Shown here in pieces: positions 39,968 to 50,030 of a stretch of 64,000 nt of DNA; position 1 is the stretch's first letter, and each line of letters opens with the position of its first letter. The DNA comes from Candidatus Adlerbacteria bacterium (GTDB taxonomy: Bacteria > Patescibacteriota > Minisyncoccia > Phycocordibacterales > SBAW01). The position numbers and the translations under genes are program-made. The stretch spans positions 808 through 64,807 of the forward strand of contig CAIRHB010000002.1 in NCBI GenBank assembly GCA_903878285.1, read 5' to 3'. The notes beneath the pieces are model-generated. The model searched no databases and was not told where the DNA came from. It saw nothing but the letters and a program-made list of their open reading frames with translations.

Positions 39968-40222
39968 ATATACCAATTAGTATAGCCGCGTCGCGTCGCT
40001 TGCCAAGTCTGTACAATCCACACAACAGTGTAGTGGTGTTATAGAGCGCCGTCGGGATAGGTAATCCCCCTCTGCGCGCACCCTGATAAGGCAGTAGCCC
40101 CTTTCGCGCCACACGAGGGATGGACGTTGCGGCCGCGGCGTCGAGGTAGACATGATATCTCCTTGTGTTTGAACTCCAAAACACATATTGACGACAGAGT
40201 ACCGCGTACCGCGCTCCTGTAC

Positions 40223-42925
40223 CTACCGCACTTCCACTGTTTGCACACGTGCGACCCAGTGCCATAAATCGGTATTGGGCGGAGCAATCGAAATATTTAG
40301 ACACTGATTCGAGGTGTCAGCAGAAATGTTTGGTAACAACACCGCCCCAGTACCGACACCCTGCGCAACCCCATTATTACCGGAAACCCACGTCGCATTG
40401 CCCACACCTCGGTACAATACTCCACGTATACCAACGACGGAAGCGATGTTGCCAGCAGAAGCGGTATCTGTACCCACAAGCGAGGCTTCGACTGTATATG
40501 TTCTTGAGGTTGGTATATTGATGCAGTTCGTCGCGCTCGGCGCATTCCCGTCCGCAGTAAGCGTAGTAGGCGATGCACTTGTAGTTATTGCATGGAGTAT
40601 GAGCGTGCAGTATTGTGCGTCCCCCTGTCCAACACCCAAGTTCCCCGACGCGGAACAGTTACTACCAACACGACCACGATCCGTCGCATAACTTCCCGTC
40701 ACCATGGAGTAGTTCCCTGTCGCACTGTTCGCGATTCCCATTGCGACTGCTTGAGACGCATTCGCGGTGTTCGAAAGACCCATGGCGATTGTGCCAATCC
40801 CGTTACTTACGTTTCCACTCCCAATAGCGGTTGAGCTTGCTGCGTTGCTTGTATTATCGTTGCCAATAGCAATAGCCCCAGCACCGCTCGCGACATGCGA
40901 GTTTGATGTCCGCATTGGTTGTATCTCGACTGAGTTCGCCCCACGCGCACTGCCACCAAAACCCACGGACGTGTAAATTCCACTCATACTATTTTCTACC
41001 CATATGTTCGACGTCCCATTATCTGCCGCAGGCGAAGTTGTGTTTATGATGTTATTTTGAGACACGATATTGTTTGTCGCACCCGCATCAAGCGTGATAC
41101 CATTACCATCACCGCTGCCGCCCATAAATCCTGAGAAAACATTATTCGAAATGACACCATGACCCGCACCGTTACCAAAATAAAGTGCCGTACCACCTTG
41201 CGTGGGACTACCGAAGAACATATTGTTCGTAACCTGCGGTTCTAGGACACCTACGATATTCAGTTCATTCGCTGGCGACACTTCGCCATCAAAGAAATTG
41301 TTGTTAATCTGCACGCCAGTCAAAGTCCCTGCGCCCGACGTATCCAGATATACACCACGCATCACATACGAGTTTGACAAAACGAACTGCTCACCTGCAC
41401 CCGCGCTCGCATCCCAGAAGATTGACTGGGACGCCGCAGCAACATTCAATCCTCGCGCGATAACACCTTGTACGTAGGGACCGATGTAGAGAAAACGATA
41501 CCCGTTCCATGACACAATGTTGTCAAGCATGAGTCCAATGCTGTAAATGCCCGCTCCCACATCACCCTTGAAGGAGATCGCGGTTGAATTTGAGGAGAGA
41601 AAGAATGTTGAGTTGCTCACATACGCCTGCGTAGGTAGTTTTGTTATATCGATACCGAAGTTCCATGCACCCACAAAAGAACAATTCTCAACATAGAATG
41701 GATTCCCCTGCTGCCCACCAACCGCATTGGTTGTCACTTTGATAGCGCTTGAACCAGGCGTCGTGTTGGTATACGAGAGTGTCAGGTTCCGAAACCCGAC
41801 GTACTGTCCGTTTCTGGTAGTATAGTGTGCAATCTGTATATCGAACGCGTCCGCTTGCCCCGTCTGAGTAATGGTTGTGATGCCTGGACCTTGACCCTCA
41901 ATCATGAAGCCTTGTTGTGCGGACATGGCGACTGTTTGCGCGGCCGACAATTTGAAATTACCTGCTGGCAAAACAATCTTTGCACCAAAAGGTCTCGACA
42001 AAGCAGCAGTAATTGCGGCAGTAAATGCTGTATCACTGTTAGTCACTCCCGTAGGATCCGCCCCAGCGTATGACATGATCGATATTGTGTCTCCTGTCCA
42101 CGCTGCCAACGTCCTCGCCGTCGTCGCACCTGTTGCCAAGACAGTCGATGAACTGACATCACCACCAACACTGCTGCAGTCCGTCCCTGTGCCAGCCACA
42201 TTCCCACTCGCGTCAGTATGCAGACACTGAGCCGTGCCAACCGCATTAGAGAGACTGAGTGCCGGAATCGTTGTAGTTCCTGTAAGCGTCCCGCCCGAGA
42301 GGGGAAGATAGTTGCTTGCGGTAATGTTTGTTGGAATATCAGATGCGGTTAATCCCGAAACACCGTTCACCTGTGCACCGGAGATAGTGACGTTGTTGAG
42401 ACTGTTGATACGTTGCGAAGCAGCAATCGCGCCCCACACACCGCCACCTGCCATTGTGGACGTAGCACCGTAGAGTGCTTGGTGCAATTGCTCTTGAGTC
42501 ACAAGGTCAGTTTGCGTGGCATCGGGGGTACTGGTGGCGGTGGTCGTCGCCGTTGTTGTGGTAGTGCTTGTAGCAACAGAGGTTGTGCTGGTCAGCTTTT
42601 GCAGCAACGCGAGTGTCTTGGGACCTACTGAGCCCGTTGGTGTGAGTTTGTGTGTCTTCTGAAATGTGGTTACTGCTTTGGTAGTAGCCGGACCGTAGGT
42701 GCCATTAGGAGTTGCGGCAAGGAAACCTTGTGCTGCAAGAAACTGCTGCAGTGCAAGGACGTCAGCGCCATTGTCATTTTTGGTGAGGGTATGGGTGATA
42801 GACACTGTAGGTATTGCAGTAGTTACAACAGATGGAGAGGTTGTTGCGGTGGTGGTGGCAAAAACGAGCGCAGGGACAGACAGCAAAAAGATGGCAGTAG
42901 CTGCCACAGACGCGTTGTATTGCAT
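40223..42925 (-). CDS. Secreted surface protein: peptidoglycan-binding domain, Thr-rich linker, pectin-lyase-like beta-helix, YadA-head-like repeats
   Basis: Signal peptide; DVLALQQFL..G.YGPATTKAV; YAGADPTGVTNSDTAF; AIAIG/STAIG/AVAMG repeats. Confidence 0.8.
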   Translation of the reverse strand: MQYNASVAATAIFLLSVPALVFATTTATTSPSVVTTAIPTVSITHTLTKNDNGADVLALQQFLAAQGFLAATPNGTYGPATTKAVTTFQKTHKLTPTGSVGPKTLALLQKLTSTTSVATSTTTTTATTTATSTPDATQTDLVTQEQLHQALYGATSTMAGGGVWGAIAASQRINSLNNVTISGAQVNGVSGLTASDIPTNITASNYLPLSGGTLTGTTTIPALSLSNAVGTAQCLHTDASGNVAGTGTDCSSVGGDVSSSTVLATGATTARTLAAWTGDTISIMSYAGADPTGVTNSDTAFTAAITAALSRPFGAKIVLPAGNFKLSAAQTVAMSAQQGFMIEGQGPGITTITQTGQADAFDIQIAHYTTRNGQYVGFRNLTLSYTNTTPGSSAIKVTTNAVGGQQGNPFYVENCSFVGAWNFGIDITKLPTQAYVSNSTFFLSSNSTAISFKGDVGAGIYSIGLMLDNIVSWNGYRFLYIGPYVQGVIARGLNVAAASQSIFWDASAGAGEQFVLSNSYVMRGVYLDTSGAGTLTGVQINNNFFDGEVSPANELNIVGVLEPQVTNNMFFGSPTQGGTALYFGNGAGHGVISNNVFSGFMGGSGDGNGITLDAGATNNIVSQNNIINTTSPAADNGTSNIWVENSMSGIYTSVGFGGSARGANSVEIQPMRTSNSHVASGAGAIAIGNDNTSNAASSTAIGSGNVSNGIGTIAMGLSNTANASQAVAMGIANSATGNYSMVTGSYATDRGRVGSNCSASGNLGVGQGDAQYCTLILHAITTSASPTTLTADGNAPSATNCINIPTSRTYTVEASLVGTDTASAGNIASVVGIRGVLYRGVGNATWVSGNNGVAQGVGTGAVLLPNISADTSNQCLNISIAPPNTDLWHWVARVQTVEVR

Positions 42926-42940
42926 GCTACCAGTGTGCCA

Positions 42941-42951
42941 CCCCCCCCCCC
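42941..42951 (-). repeat. G11 homopolymer in a putative promoter spacer
   Basis: TTGCAC-AATCGC-G11-TGG-CACACT-6 nt-ATG. Confidence 0.75.
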
Positions 42952-43004
42952 GCGATTGTGCAAGGTGGGTTGTACACAATACTAGGAAGGTAGATGCGCC
43001 ACTG

Positions 43005-44246
43005 TTATCGCACCGCTTTGGACACTGCTTCGACTACTCCATTGTCGAAGGGTCCGGGGATGATTTTGTTGGCAGTGGGGCGCTTGACTAACGCGGCGAG
43101 ATTCTTTGCAGCAGTGAGTTTCATCTTGTCGGTAATCTTGGATACGCGGCGATCGAGTGCACCGCGAAAGATGCCCGGAAAGACGAGCGAATTGTTAATT
43201 TGGTTGGGATAGTCGGAGCGACCAGTAGCGACGACTGCAGCACCACCTTTTTTTGCTTCGTCGGGTAGGATCTCGGGCACTGGGTTAGCAAGCGCAAAGA
43301 CAATTGGCTGCGCCGCCATCAGCTGCACCTCCTTCGCAGTCATGAGCCCTGGGCCGGAGACACCGACAACTACGTCTGCGCCCGTGAGCGCCTCCGCCAA
43401 ACCGCCCACGATACCGCGCGGATTCGTCTGCGACGCCAGCTCTTTTTTGTATCCCGACAGCTCTGGCCGTGCAGTACTCAAAATGCCTTTGCTGTCGAGC
43501 ACGATGATGTCTCTGACACCCGCAAGCAGCAGCAACTGAGTAATCGCTGTTCCCGCGGCACCAGCGCCCGAGACGACCACTTTCAACTTTTTAAAATTCT
43601 TTTTGACTATGACTGCTGCGTTGCTAAGCGCTGCAAGCACGACAATCGCCGTGCCATGTTGGTCGTCGTGCATCACGGGGATGTCGAGCGCCGCTTTGAC
43701 GCGCTCCTCTATCTCGAAGCAGTCGGGCGCGGCAAAATCCTCTAGGTTAATGCCACCAAACGCGGGTGCTATGGCGAGAATTGTCTCGACCACCACGTCG
43801 ATGCGCCGCTCGGCCGGCGTGTTGGCAGGGATGTCGAGCACGATCGGGAACGCGTCGACGTTCGCGAATGTTTTAAAGAGTGCGACTTTGCCCTCCATCA
43901 CTGGCAGCGCGCCGTAGGGGCCGATGTTGCCGAGCCCTAAGACGGCAGTGCCATCGGAGATAACCGCGACCATACGGCTTTTAATCGTATATTGTTTGGC
44001 AAGCGCAGATTGTTTGGAAACGGCATGCAGCGCACCCTTCTTGCCCGCAATGAGCGTCGACACCGCACCAACGCCCGGCGTGTACACGAGCGATAAATCT
44101 GCCCGCGTCTTAATCGGCGCCGCTGGCACCACACGAATCTTCCCCTGCAACTTCTTGTGTAACACAATCGCTTGCTGCGCAGTAGTTTCTTTCGTACCAC
44201 CCTTTGCCCCACTCTTCTTTGTACCCTTCGTGTGTTTGATAGCCAT
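43005..44246 (-). CDS. NAD(P)-dependent malic enzyme
   Basis: YTPGV, SDGTAVLGLG, NLED, HDDQHGTA, GAGAAG, NQINN. Confidence 0.95.
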   Translation of the reverse strand: MAIKHTKGTKKSGAKGGTKETTAQQAIVLHKKLQGKIRVVPAAPIKTRADLSLVYTPGVGAVSTLIAGKKGALHAVSKQSALAKQYTIKSRMVAVISDGTAVLGLGNIGPYGALPVMEGKVALFKTFANVDAFPIVLDIPANTPAERRIDVVVETILAIAPAFGGINLEDFAAPDCFEIEERVKAALDIPVMHDDQHGTAIVVLAALSNAAVIVKKNFKKLKVVVSGAGAAGTAITQLLLLAGVRDIIVLDSKGILSTARPELSGYKKELASQTNPRGIVGGLAEALTGADVVVGVSGPGLMTAKEVQLMAAQPIVFALANPVPEILPDEAKKGGAAVVATGRSDYPNQINNSLVFPGIFRGALDRRVSKITDKMKLTAAKNLAALVKRPTANKIIPGPFDNGVVEAVSKAVR

Positions 44247-44283
44247 AGAGAGAGTATAGCAGAGTAAAACACCCTCCGACGAG

Positions 44284-44311
44284 ATCCGCCGAGGTTAAAC
44301 CTCGGCGGAAA
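44284..44311. repeat. REP-like palindrome copy 1
   Basis: ATCCGCCGAGGTTAAACCTCGGCGGAAA. Confidence 0.85.
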
Positions 44312-44329
44312 TAATAGCGAGACTCTGTA

Positions 44330-44982
44330 CTACAGATGACGCGGAGAAAGAACCGCAACAGCATTACCAGAAAATACCTGTTGCATTCTTCGTTCCAAGA
44401 CACGAACACCAACCTGTGTACCGATACTGGCAAAGCCTGCAGAGTTCTGGACAAGAAAGCGCACCTCTCCATCTGCCGTTGTTTCGAAGCCATAGACAAG
44501 CACAAAGTGACCACCCTTTCTCGGCGGCGAATTTTCCGTATGCAGTCGTATCTCTGGGTGCACCGAAGCCATAACATACCAACCCATGAGCAACCTGACA
44601 CGGATACACAACGTACTCATTCTACGCTCGGGTCGCGCAATAAGACCATGTCGCATCCACAGGGTCTCGGCGAGCTCTTGATGATAGGCGCCACGCCATC
44701 CTTTTTCTACACTTTCTATGCGGTACGCAGAACAATCGACCGCGCCGTAGAAAAGTCTTTCAAGAGGAGGCGCGACCATCCCTTCGGCCTTCAATATCAT
44801 TTGGAGGCAGCACATGGCACACCAATGAGCATTTGGCCGAGGAGATGCTTCGCATTAGAACTCTCAACCCAGCGCTCGACAGCTGACCGGTCGTCAATCT
44901 GGCAGGTATAGAAATCTGCCGGGTTGCGACCACGAAACAAGTCTGTCGATGTAGGAAAGTCTGCAAGACCCTCTAAACACAT
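44330..44982 (-). pseudogene. C39-like cysteine peptidase split by a one-base frameshift near 44833
   Basis: HWCAMCCLQMIL..GGHFVLVYG..QNS; the N-terminal part is in another frame. Confidence 0.55.
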
Positions 44983-45062
44983 ATGCTTTCTCCTTGTTTA
45001 CCGTTCCGAGGGCTAGAACTTGTATTTTTCAAGAAAAGTCACGGGGAAAAAACTTCCACACT

Positions 45063-45097
45063 ATCCGCCGAGGTTAAACCTCTAAACCTCGGCGAAA
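45063..45097. repeat. REP-like palindrome copy 2 (internal 8-nt duplication)
   Basis: ATCCGCCGAGGTTAAACCTCTAAACCTCGGCGAAA. Confidence 0.8.
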
Positions 45098-45115
45098 CAT
45101 GCTAGTATATTGGGT

Positions 45116-45805
45116 ATGGCAAACCGACCACCTCTTGCTATTGGGGAATGGTATCACTGCTACAATCGCGGCGTAGACAAGCGGCGTGTTTTTCATAATA
45201 AAGAATACTACGAACGATTTCTTTTTCTCCTTTATATCGCAAACAGAACCGAGCGCGTGCACACCTCGCACCTTAAAAGCACTCGGCTTGCTGAGGTGCT
45301 TGCCGATACCACACTGGACAACTACGAACCACTGGTTGAGATTGGTGCGTACACACTCATGCCAAACCATTTGCATATTGCAGTGCGAGAAATACGTGAT
45401 GGTGGGATAGCAACATTTATGCAAAAAGTTTTTACTGGGTATACGATGTATTTCAATAAGAGACATGAACGCACTGGCTCGCTATTTGCAAGCACGTACA
45501 AATCAAAACACGTTGACGACGATCGCTACATGAAACAACTCATCCACTATATACATCTCAATCCCGTAGAAATTATTGAACCTCGATGGAAAGAAGGAAA
45601 GGGTAATATTAAGAAAATAGAAAAATGGTTGCTCACCTATCCATATTCTAGCTTGCCCGATTTTAGTACCGACCGACCAGAGAAAAAAATACTCGGAACA
45701 ACGGTATTTGAGCTATTTGATAAAATCCCATCAGTACAAGAAATGCTTGAAGAAGCGCAAGAGTACTACCAATCCGCCGAGGTTAAACCTCGGCGGAAAG
45801 AATAA
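45116..45805 (+). CDS. REP-associated tyrosine transposase (RAYT, HUH/Y1 family)
   Basis: YHCYNRG, LMPNHLHI (HUH), YIHLNP, YPYSS. Confidence 0.9.
   Translation: MANRPPLAIGEWYHCYNRGVDKRRVFHNKEYYERFLFLLYIANRTERVHTSHLKSTRLAEVLADTTLDNYEPLVEIGAYTLMPNHLHIAVREIRDGGIATFMQKVFTGYTMYFNKRHERTGSLFASTYKSKHVDDDRYMKQLIHYIHLNPVEIIEPRWKEGKGNIKKIEKWLLTYPYSSLPDFSTDRPEKKILGTTVFELFDKIPSVQEMLEEAQEYYQSAEVKPRRKE
45772..45799. repeat. REP-like palindrome copy 3 (inside the last RAYT codons)
   Basis: Identical to 44284-44311. Confidence 0.85.
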
Positions 45806-45807
45806 CT

Positions 45808-48120
45808 ATGCAGCTTACCGATCAACTGACGGCGCATTTTCGGCTTGTAGAGGGGCAGCGGCAGGCGCTCACGAAATTGGGACTCAAGACCGTGCGTGAT
45901 CTGCTCTTCTACTTCCCTACTCGCTACGAGCAGGCAGGTGGCGAGGCGAGTGTCTCGGGGCTCGTGCTCGGGCAGGAGGCGACGCTCGTCGGCACGCTGG
46001 AGAAGTTGGAGACAAAGAAGTCGTGGAAGCGAAAGATCCCCGTGTCGGAGGGCTACCTGCGCGACCAGTCGGGGCGGATTAAGCTGATGTGGTTTAACCA
46101 GCCGTACATCGCGAAGATGTATTTGAATGGCACGTGGGTCAAGGCGGTCGGTAAGGTCGCGGGCAAAGAAGGGTCGCTCTACCTCGCCAACCCGCAGCTT
46201 GAGCGCGCCGCAATTAGCGAAGAAGGATTGTTTGAGCAGCCGGAAGCAACCATCGACCTCGACTCCCAAAAGAAAACACTGAGCACTGACACGAGCAGTA
46301 CCACAAAAACACCTGTGCAAGGGGTGGAGAAACATAAACTGTTTGCTGTCTATCCCGAAAGCCGCGGAATCACATCGCTCTGGTTTCGGCATGCGGTAGA
46401 GAAGATTCTTGCGGCACCATACGGAGGACCGACCTCCGGAGCGTTGTGGCATTTGATCGATACCATTGAGGATTATCTGCCAGCAGAGATGCTAAAAAGA
46501 TATAACTTGCCGACGCTCAAGACGGCGCTCGTGTGGATGCACACACCACAAAAAACAAGAGATGCTGACGCGGCACGCAAGCGGTTTGCGTTCGAAGAAG
46601 TATTTTTGATCCAACTGGCGAGGCGTCGCGAGCGAGCACGAGAGCTACGTGAGCAGAGCTACACTATCGATGCGCCCGCGAGTGACGTCAACGCGTTTAT
46701 GGCCGCATTCCCCTTCGCACCAACCAAGGCACAGCATCGCGCGATTGAAATTATTTTGGACGACATGAAAAGCGGCAAACCGATGTCGCGACTCTTGGAG
46801 GGCGACGTCGGATCGGGCAAGACGGCGGTCGCCGCAACTGCCGCTTTTTCTACGGTACATACACGCCCAACTGACAAGAAGACAGGACTCGCCGCACATG
46901 CTGGAACGCTACAAGTTGCATACATGGCACCAACGGAGATCTTGGCGAAGCAGCACTTTGAGTCGTTTATCAAATACTTTGAACATTTCCCCATTACCAT
47001 CGGACTCATCACCGGCAGCGGCTGTTACAAATTTCCCTCGAAAATATCTCGCGAAAAAGCAACACCAATTTCTCGCACACAACTGCTCAAACGGGTCGCG
47101 TCGGGCGAGATCGCGGCGCTCATCGGCACGCATGCACTGGTTGAAAAGTCGGTGCAGTTCAAACATCTTGCACTCGTGATTATCGACGAGCAGCATCGCT
47201 TCGGCACCAACCAGCGCAGAAAATTAGCAAAGAAAAAAATTGGTGAGGAGACATCCCTGCCGCATCTGCTGTCGATGACGGCGACACCGATCCCCCGCAC
47301 GCTCGCGCTCACCGCCTACGGCGACCTCGACCTCACACTACTCGACGAGATGCCGGCCGGCCGCAAGCGAATCATCACCGAGATTATCAAGCCGGAGAAA
47401 CGAGGTGCTGCCTACACACTGATGCACGAGCAGTTGCAAGAAGGCAGGCAAGCATATGTGATTTGCCCACGCATCGACGAGCCCGACCCAGAGAAGGCGT
47501 TTGCCCTGATGGCAAAGTCGGTGACCGCCGAGGCGAGGCGACTCAAAAAAGAAGTCTTCCCTGAGTACGAGCTGGCGATCCTCCACAGCAAGATGACCTC
47601 GAAGGAGAAAGACGACGTGATGGCGCGATTTGCAAGACATGAAATCGATATCTTGGTCGCAACCTCGGTGGTCGAGGTCGGTGTTAATGTCCCCAACGCA
47701 ACAATGATACTCATCGAGGGCGCCGAGCGTTTTGGTTTGGCACAGCTGCACCAACTGCGCGGACGTGTTGTTCGCTCGAATCATCAGGCATATTGCTTCG
47801 TCTGCCCCGAAAGTAAAGGCGAGCATACGTTGGCGCGACTCAAAGCGCTCGCCACAGCAAAAAACGGTTTCGAACTCGCCGAGCAGGACCTCTTGCAGCG
47901 CGGCCCGGGCGAGTTGGTCGGCCGCAGCACCTCGGGCGGCACGAGCGCGCGTCAGTGGGGCATCTCGGACATAGGCATGGAGGCGCTGAAAAATATAAAA
48001 CTGGTCGAAGCCGCACGCGCCGAGGCAATCACCCTTGTTGCACAGGATGAAACGCTAGCAACACATCCCCTACTCGCGCACGCACTCCACCTGCGAGCGC
48101 AGATGATGCACTTTGAGTAA
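45808..48120 (+). CDS. recG: ATP-dependent DNA helicase RecG
   Basis: GDVGSGKT, DEQHRFG, MTATPIPRTL, QLHQLRGRV. Confidence 0.96.
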   Translation: MQLTDQLTAHFRLVEGQRQALTKLGLKTVRDLLFYFPTRYEQAGGEASVSGLVLGQEATLVGTLEKLETKKSWKRKIPVSEGYLRDQSGRIKLMWFNQPYIAKMYLNGTWVKAVGKVAGKEGSLYLANPQLERAAISEEGLFEQPEATIDLDSQKKTLSTDTSSTTKTPVQGVEKHKLFAVYPESRGITSLWFRHAVEKILAAPYGGPTSGALWHLIDTIEDYLPAEMLKRYNLPTLKTALVWMHTPQKTRDADAARKRFAFEEVFLIQLARRRERARELREQSYTIDAPASDVNAFMAAFPFAPTKAQHRAIEIILDDMKSGKPMSRLLEGDVGSGKTAVAATAAFSTVHTRPTDKKTGLAAHAGTLQVAYMAPTEILAKQHFESFIKYFEHFPITIGLITGSGCYKFPSKISREKATPISRTQLLKRVASGEIAALIGTHALVEKSVQFKHLALVIIDEQHRFGTNQRRKLAKKKIGEETSLPHLLSMTATPIPRTLALTAYGDLDLTLLDEMPAGRKRIITEIIKPEKRGAAYTLMHEQLQEGRQAYVICPRIDEPDPEKAFALMAKSVTAEARRLKKEVFPEYELAILHSKMTSKEKDDVMARFARHEIDILVATSVVEVGVNVPNATMILIEGAERFGLAQLHQLRGRVVRSNHQAYCFVCPESKGEHTLARLKALATAKNGFELAEQDLLQRGPGELVGRSTSGGTSARQWGISDIGMEALKNIKLVEAARAEAITLVAQDETLATHPLLAHALHLRAQMMHFE

Positions 48121-48164
48121 AAAGGCACTCGCGTATCAAAAATTGTGCAATAAAAAAGTACGAC

Positions 48165-48491
48165 CTACTCTGCAGCCGCCTCGGGCGCCACTTTTTCCAA
48201 CTCGGCAAGAAACTCTTTCTCCATCTCTGCCATATCGGCCTCATACTGCGCCAGCGCAGCATCGGTCTCTTTGGCAAACTCTTCGAGTGCCGCCGCGGCG
48301 TCATCCATCGCATCTGCTTCGATGGTAGCCGCCTCGTTCTCTAGGTCAACCAACTCCAAGAGCTGTGCCTGTTCCTCAGCAGTAATACTCCCACGCGCAA
48401 TCGCCACATCCATGATGCCGTTCATCTTATCCAGCACCTCGGGCGAAAACGCCCCCATGCTGATGAATCCTTTTACTTGTTCGAGTGTCAT
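48165..48491 (-). CDS. Hypothetical acidic helical protein
   Basis: 108-aa Ala/Glu-rich ORF. Confidence 0.65.
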   Translation of the reverse strand: MTLEQVKGFISMGAFSPEVLDKMNGIMDVAIARGSITAEEQAQLLELVDLENEAATIEADAMDDAAAALEEFAKETDAALAQYEADMAEMEKEFLAELEKVAPEAAAE

Positions 48492-48505
48492 GGTAGTAAT
48501 ATCGC

Positions 48506-49243
48506 CTACGCCGCAACTTGCAACTGACGCAACATATTCGCATACGGAGAATTTTGTTCTATTGCAGTTCGCTTAGCACGAGCAGCAATATTAAGATTTG
48601 TTGCCTCCTGTTTTGCCTGCCTAGATTGATCTAGTGCTGTGTTTTCTCTTTCAGCTCTTTCTCGTTGAGAGTCCATCAGTTGCGCGCGAAGCTCAGCGAG
48701 TTTTCTTTCCATCTCGGCTATATTGTTCGTCAATCTTTCTTCTCGTCCCCGCTCCGCGCCAGTAGTATCATCTTCAAATACAGCATGTTGCCGAGCAGAT
48801 TCTGCTATCTTTCTTCCATACTCTTTTTGCAATGCCAATACTTCGCGCATTGTAGCAGCATTTCTTTTGCGTTCTGTGCGAGCGTTCCACCGTATCCCCA
48901 ATCGCAAAAATCGAGCACCGAGACCCTGTTCCCGTGCTGCCTTCAGCATATCAGCATCATTGATACGCGTATCTGCTTTATCAGCAGCAACAGCAATCGT
49001 ACTCTCGACTCTTGCAGCAGCACCTTCCTTTTTTTTCTCAAATTGCTCTAGGTGACCAGCAAGAGCTCTTCTTTGCTCTGGCGACATAGCCTCCAGATGA
49101 AGTCTACCTAGGACCACCTCAAGCTGGTCTCTTCCTGCTCGTCGGTGCTCAGGCGTTTGAAATACCGTGTCATTCGCAGGTGTTGGTATATTAAAATCTT
49201 CTTTCTTTTGTACCGTTGCGCGACTGGTGTTTTCCATTCCCAT
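48506..49243 (-). CDS. Hypothetical coiled-coil protein
   Basis: Long E/R/A/K-rich ORF downstream of the tRNA. Confidence 0.6.
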   Translation of the reverse strand: MGMENTSRATVQKKEDFNIPTPANDTVFQTPEHRRAGRDQLEVVLGRLHLEAMSPEQRRALAGHLEQFEKKKEGAAARVESTIAVAADKADTRINDADMLKAAREQGLGARFLRLGIRWNARTERKRNAATMREVLALQKEYGRKIAESARQHAVFEDDTTGAERGREERLTNNIAEMERKLAELRAQLMDSQRERAERENTALDQSRQAKQEATNLNIAARAKRTAIEQNSPYANMLRQLQVAA

Positions 49244-49295
49244 ATGACAACAGAATACCACCACTGCCGCCCGCGTGCCAAGTGTTTTGCAGATG

Positions 49296-50030
49296 CTATC
49301 TTTTTGTACGCCCGGAGGGATTCGAACCCCCAACCAATCGCGTATAAGGCGACTGCTCTACCATTGAGCTACGGGCGTGTATTTCGCGCAGATGCTTAAG
49401 CGCCATTGTAATGTACTCCCAAACGCCGATATTTTCAAAGAATACGTTGCATGTCCCATGTCCGTATCCGTTCTTATACGTAATAGCACTCAATGTCGAC
49501 TCCTTTATATACGGTTTTCTAAAGGATGCCTGTGGAAGCCCGGTTTCTTTTGACCAGAAATCCGTCTCCATTTTTTGATCCATATCTTTGTATAGATGCA
49601 ATCGTGCTCGTAATGATTCCCTTGGGATACCGACCGCACCGAGCCAGTGCAAAAACGCTCGTATCACTGCAGGGTCGGTATTCGCTATCGCGACAGTTCC
49701 ACGCGAGGATTTTGTCCCCTCGCCCCAGTACAAATACAAACCCGCGATAAACAACTCTCGTTGTGTTAGATGCCCAATGTCCGCGACCGCACAAGCATAC
49801 GCAGCAGCATATCGTGCATCTCTTTTCTTTCGCATTGTCTCGCGGAAGTGTTCTATGCGTTTTGGACTCACATCGCGCAGTAGTCGTATCTGCTCTGCAG
49901 AGAGTGGCATATCAGCAAGCCACACACTTAGCGTGCCTTTTGCCACACCGATACACTCCCGTATCTCGGAGTAACTCTTGCCTTGGGCACGCAACGTCCG
50001 CGCTTTTTCTCTATCAGCCACTCGAGTCAT
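49296..50030 (-). CDS. HTH + LAGLIDADG-like protein whose frame runs through tRNA-Ile
   Basis: GKSYSEI..VAKGTLSVWL HTH; AGLYLYWGEGTK..IANTDP..GTC. Confidence 0.75.
   Translation of the reverse strand: MTRVADREKARTLRAQGKSYSEIRECIGVAKGTLSVWLADMPLSAEQIRLLRDVSPKRIEHFRETMRKKRDARYAAAYACAVADIGHLTQRELFIAGLYLYWGEGTKSSRGTVAIANTDPAVIRAFLHWLGAVGIPRESLRARLHLYKDMDQKMETDFWSKETGLPQASFRKPYIKESTLSAITYKNGYGHGTCNVFFENIGVWEYITMALKHLREIHARSSMVEQSPYTRLVGGSNPSGRTKR
49307..49378 (-). tRNA. tRNA-Ile(TAT)
   Basis: ACGCCCG/CGGGCGT acceptor, A discriminator, GTCGC-CT-TAT-AC-GCGAT anticodon arm, GGTTCGAATCC; CCA not encoded. Confidence 0.9.

Noticed and set aside
44284-45799. CRISPR array from the 28-bp palindromes
   Set aside because: Copies are 700-800 bp apart around genes, there are no cas genes, and they fit REP/RAYT.
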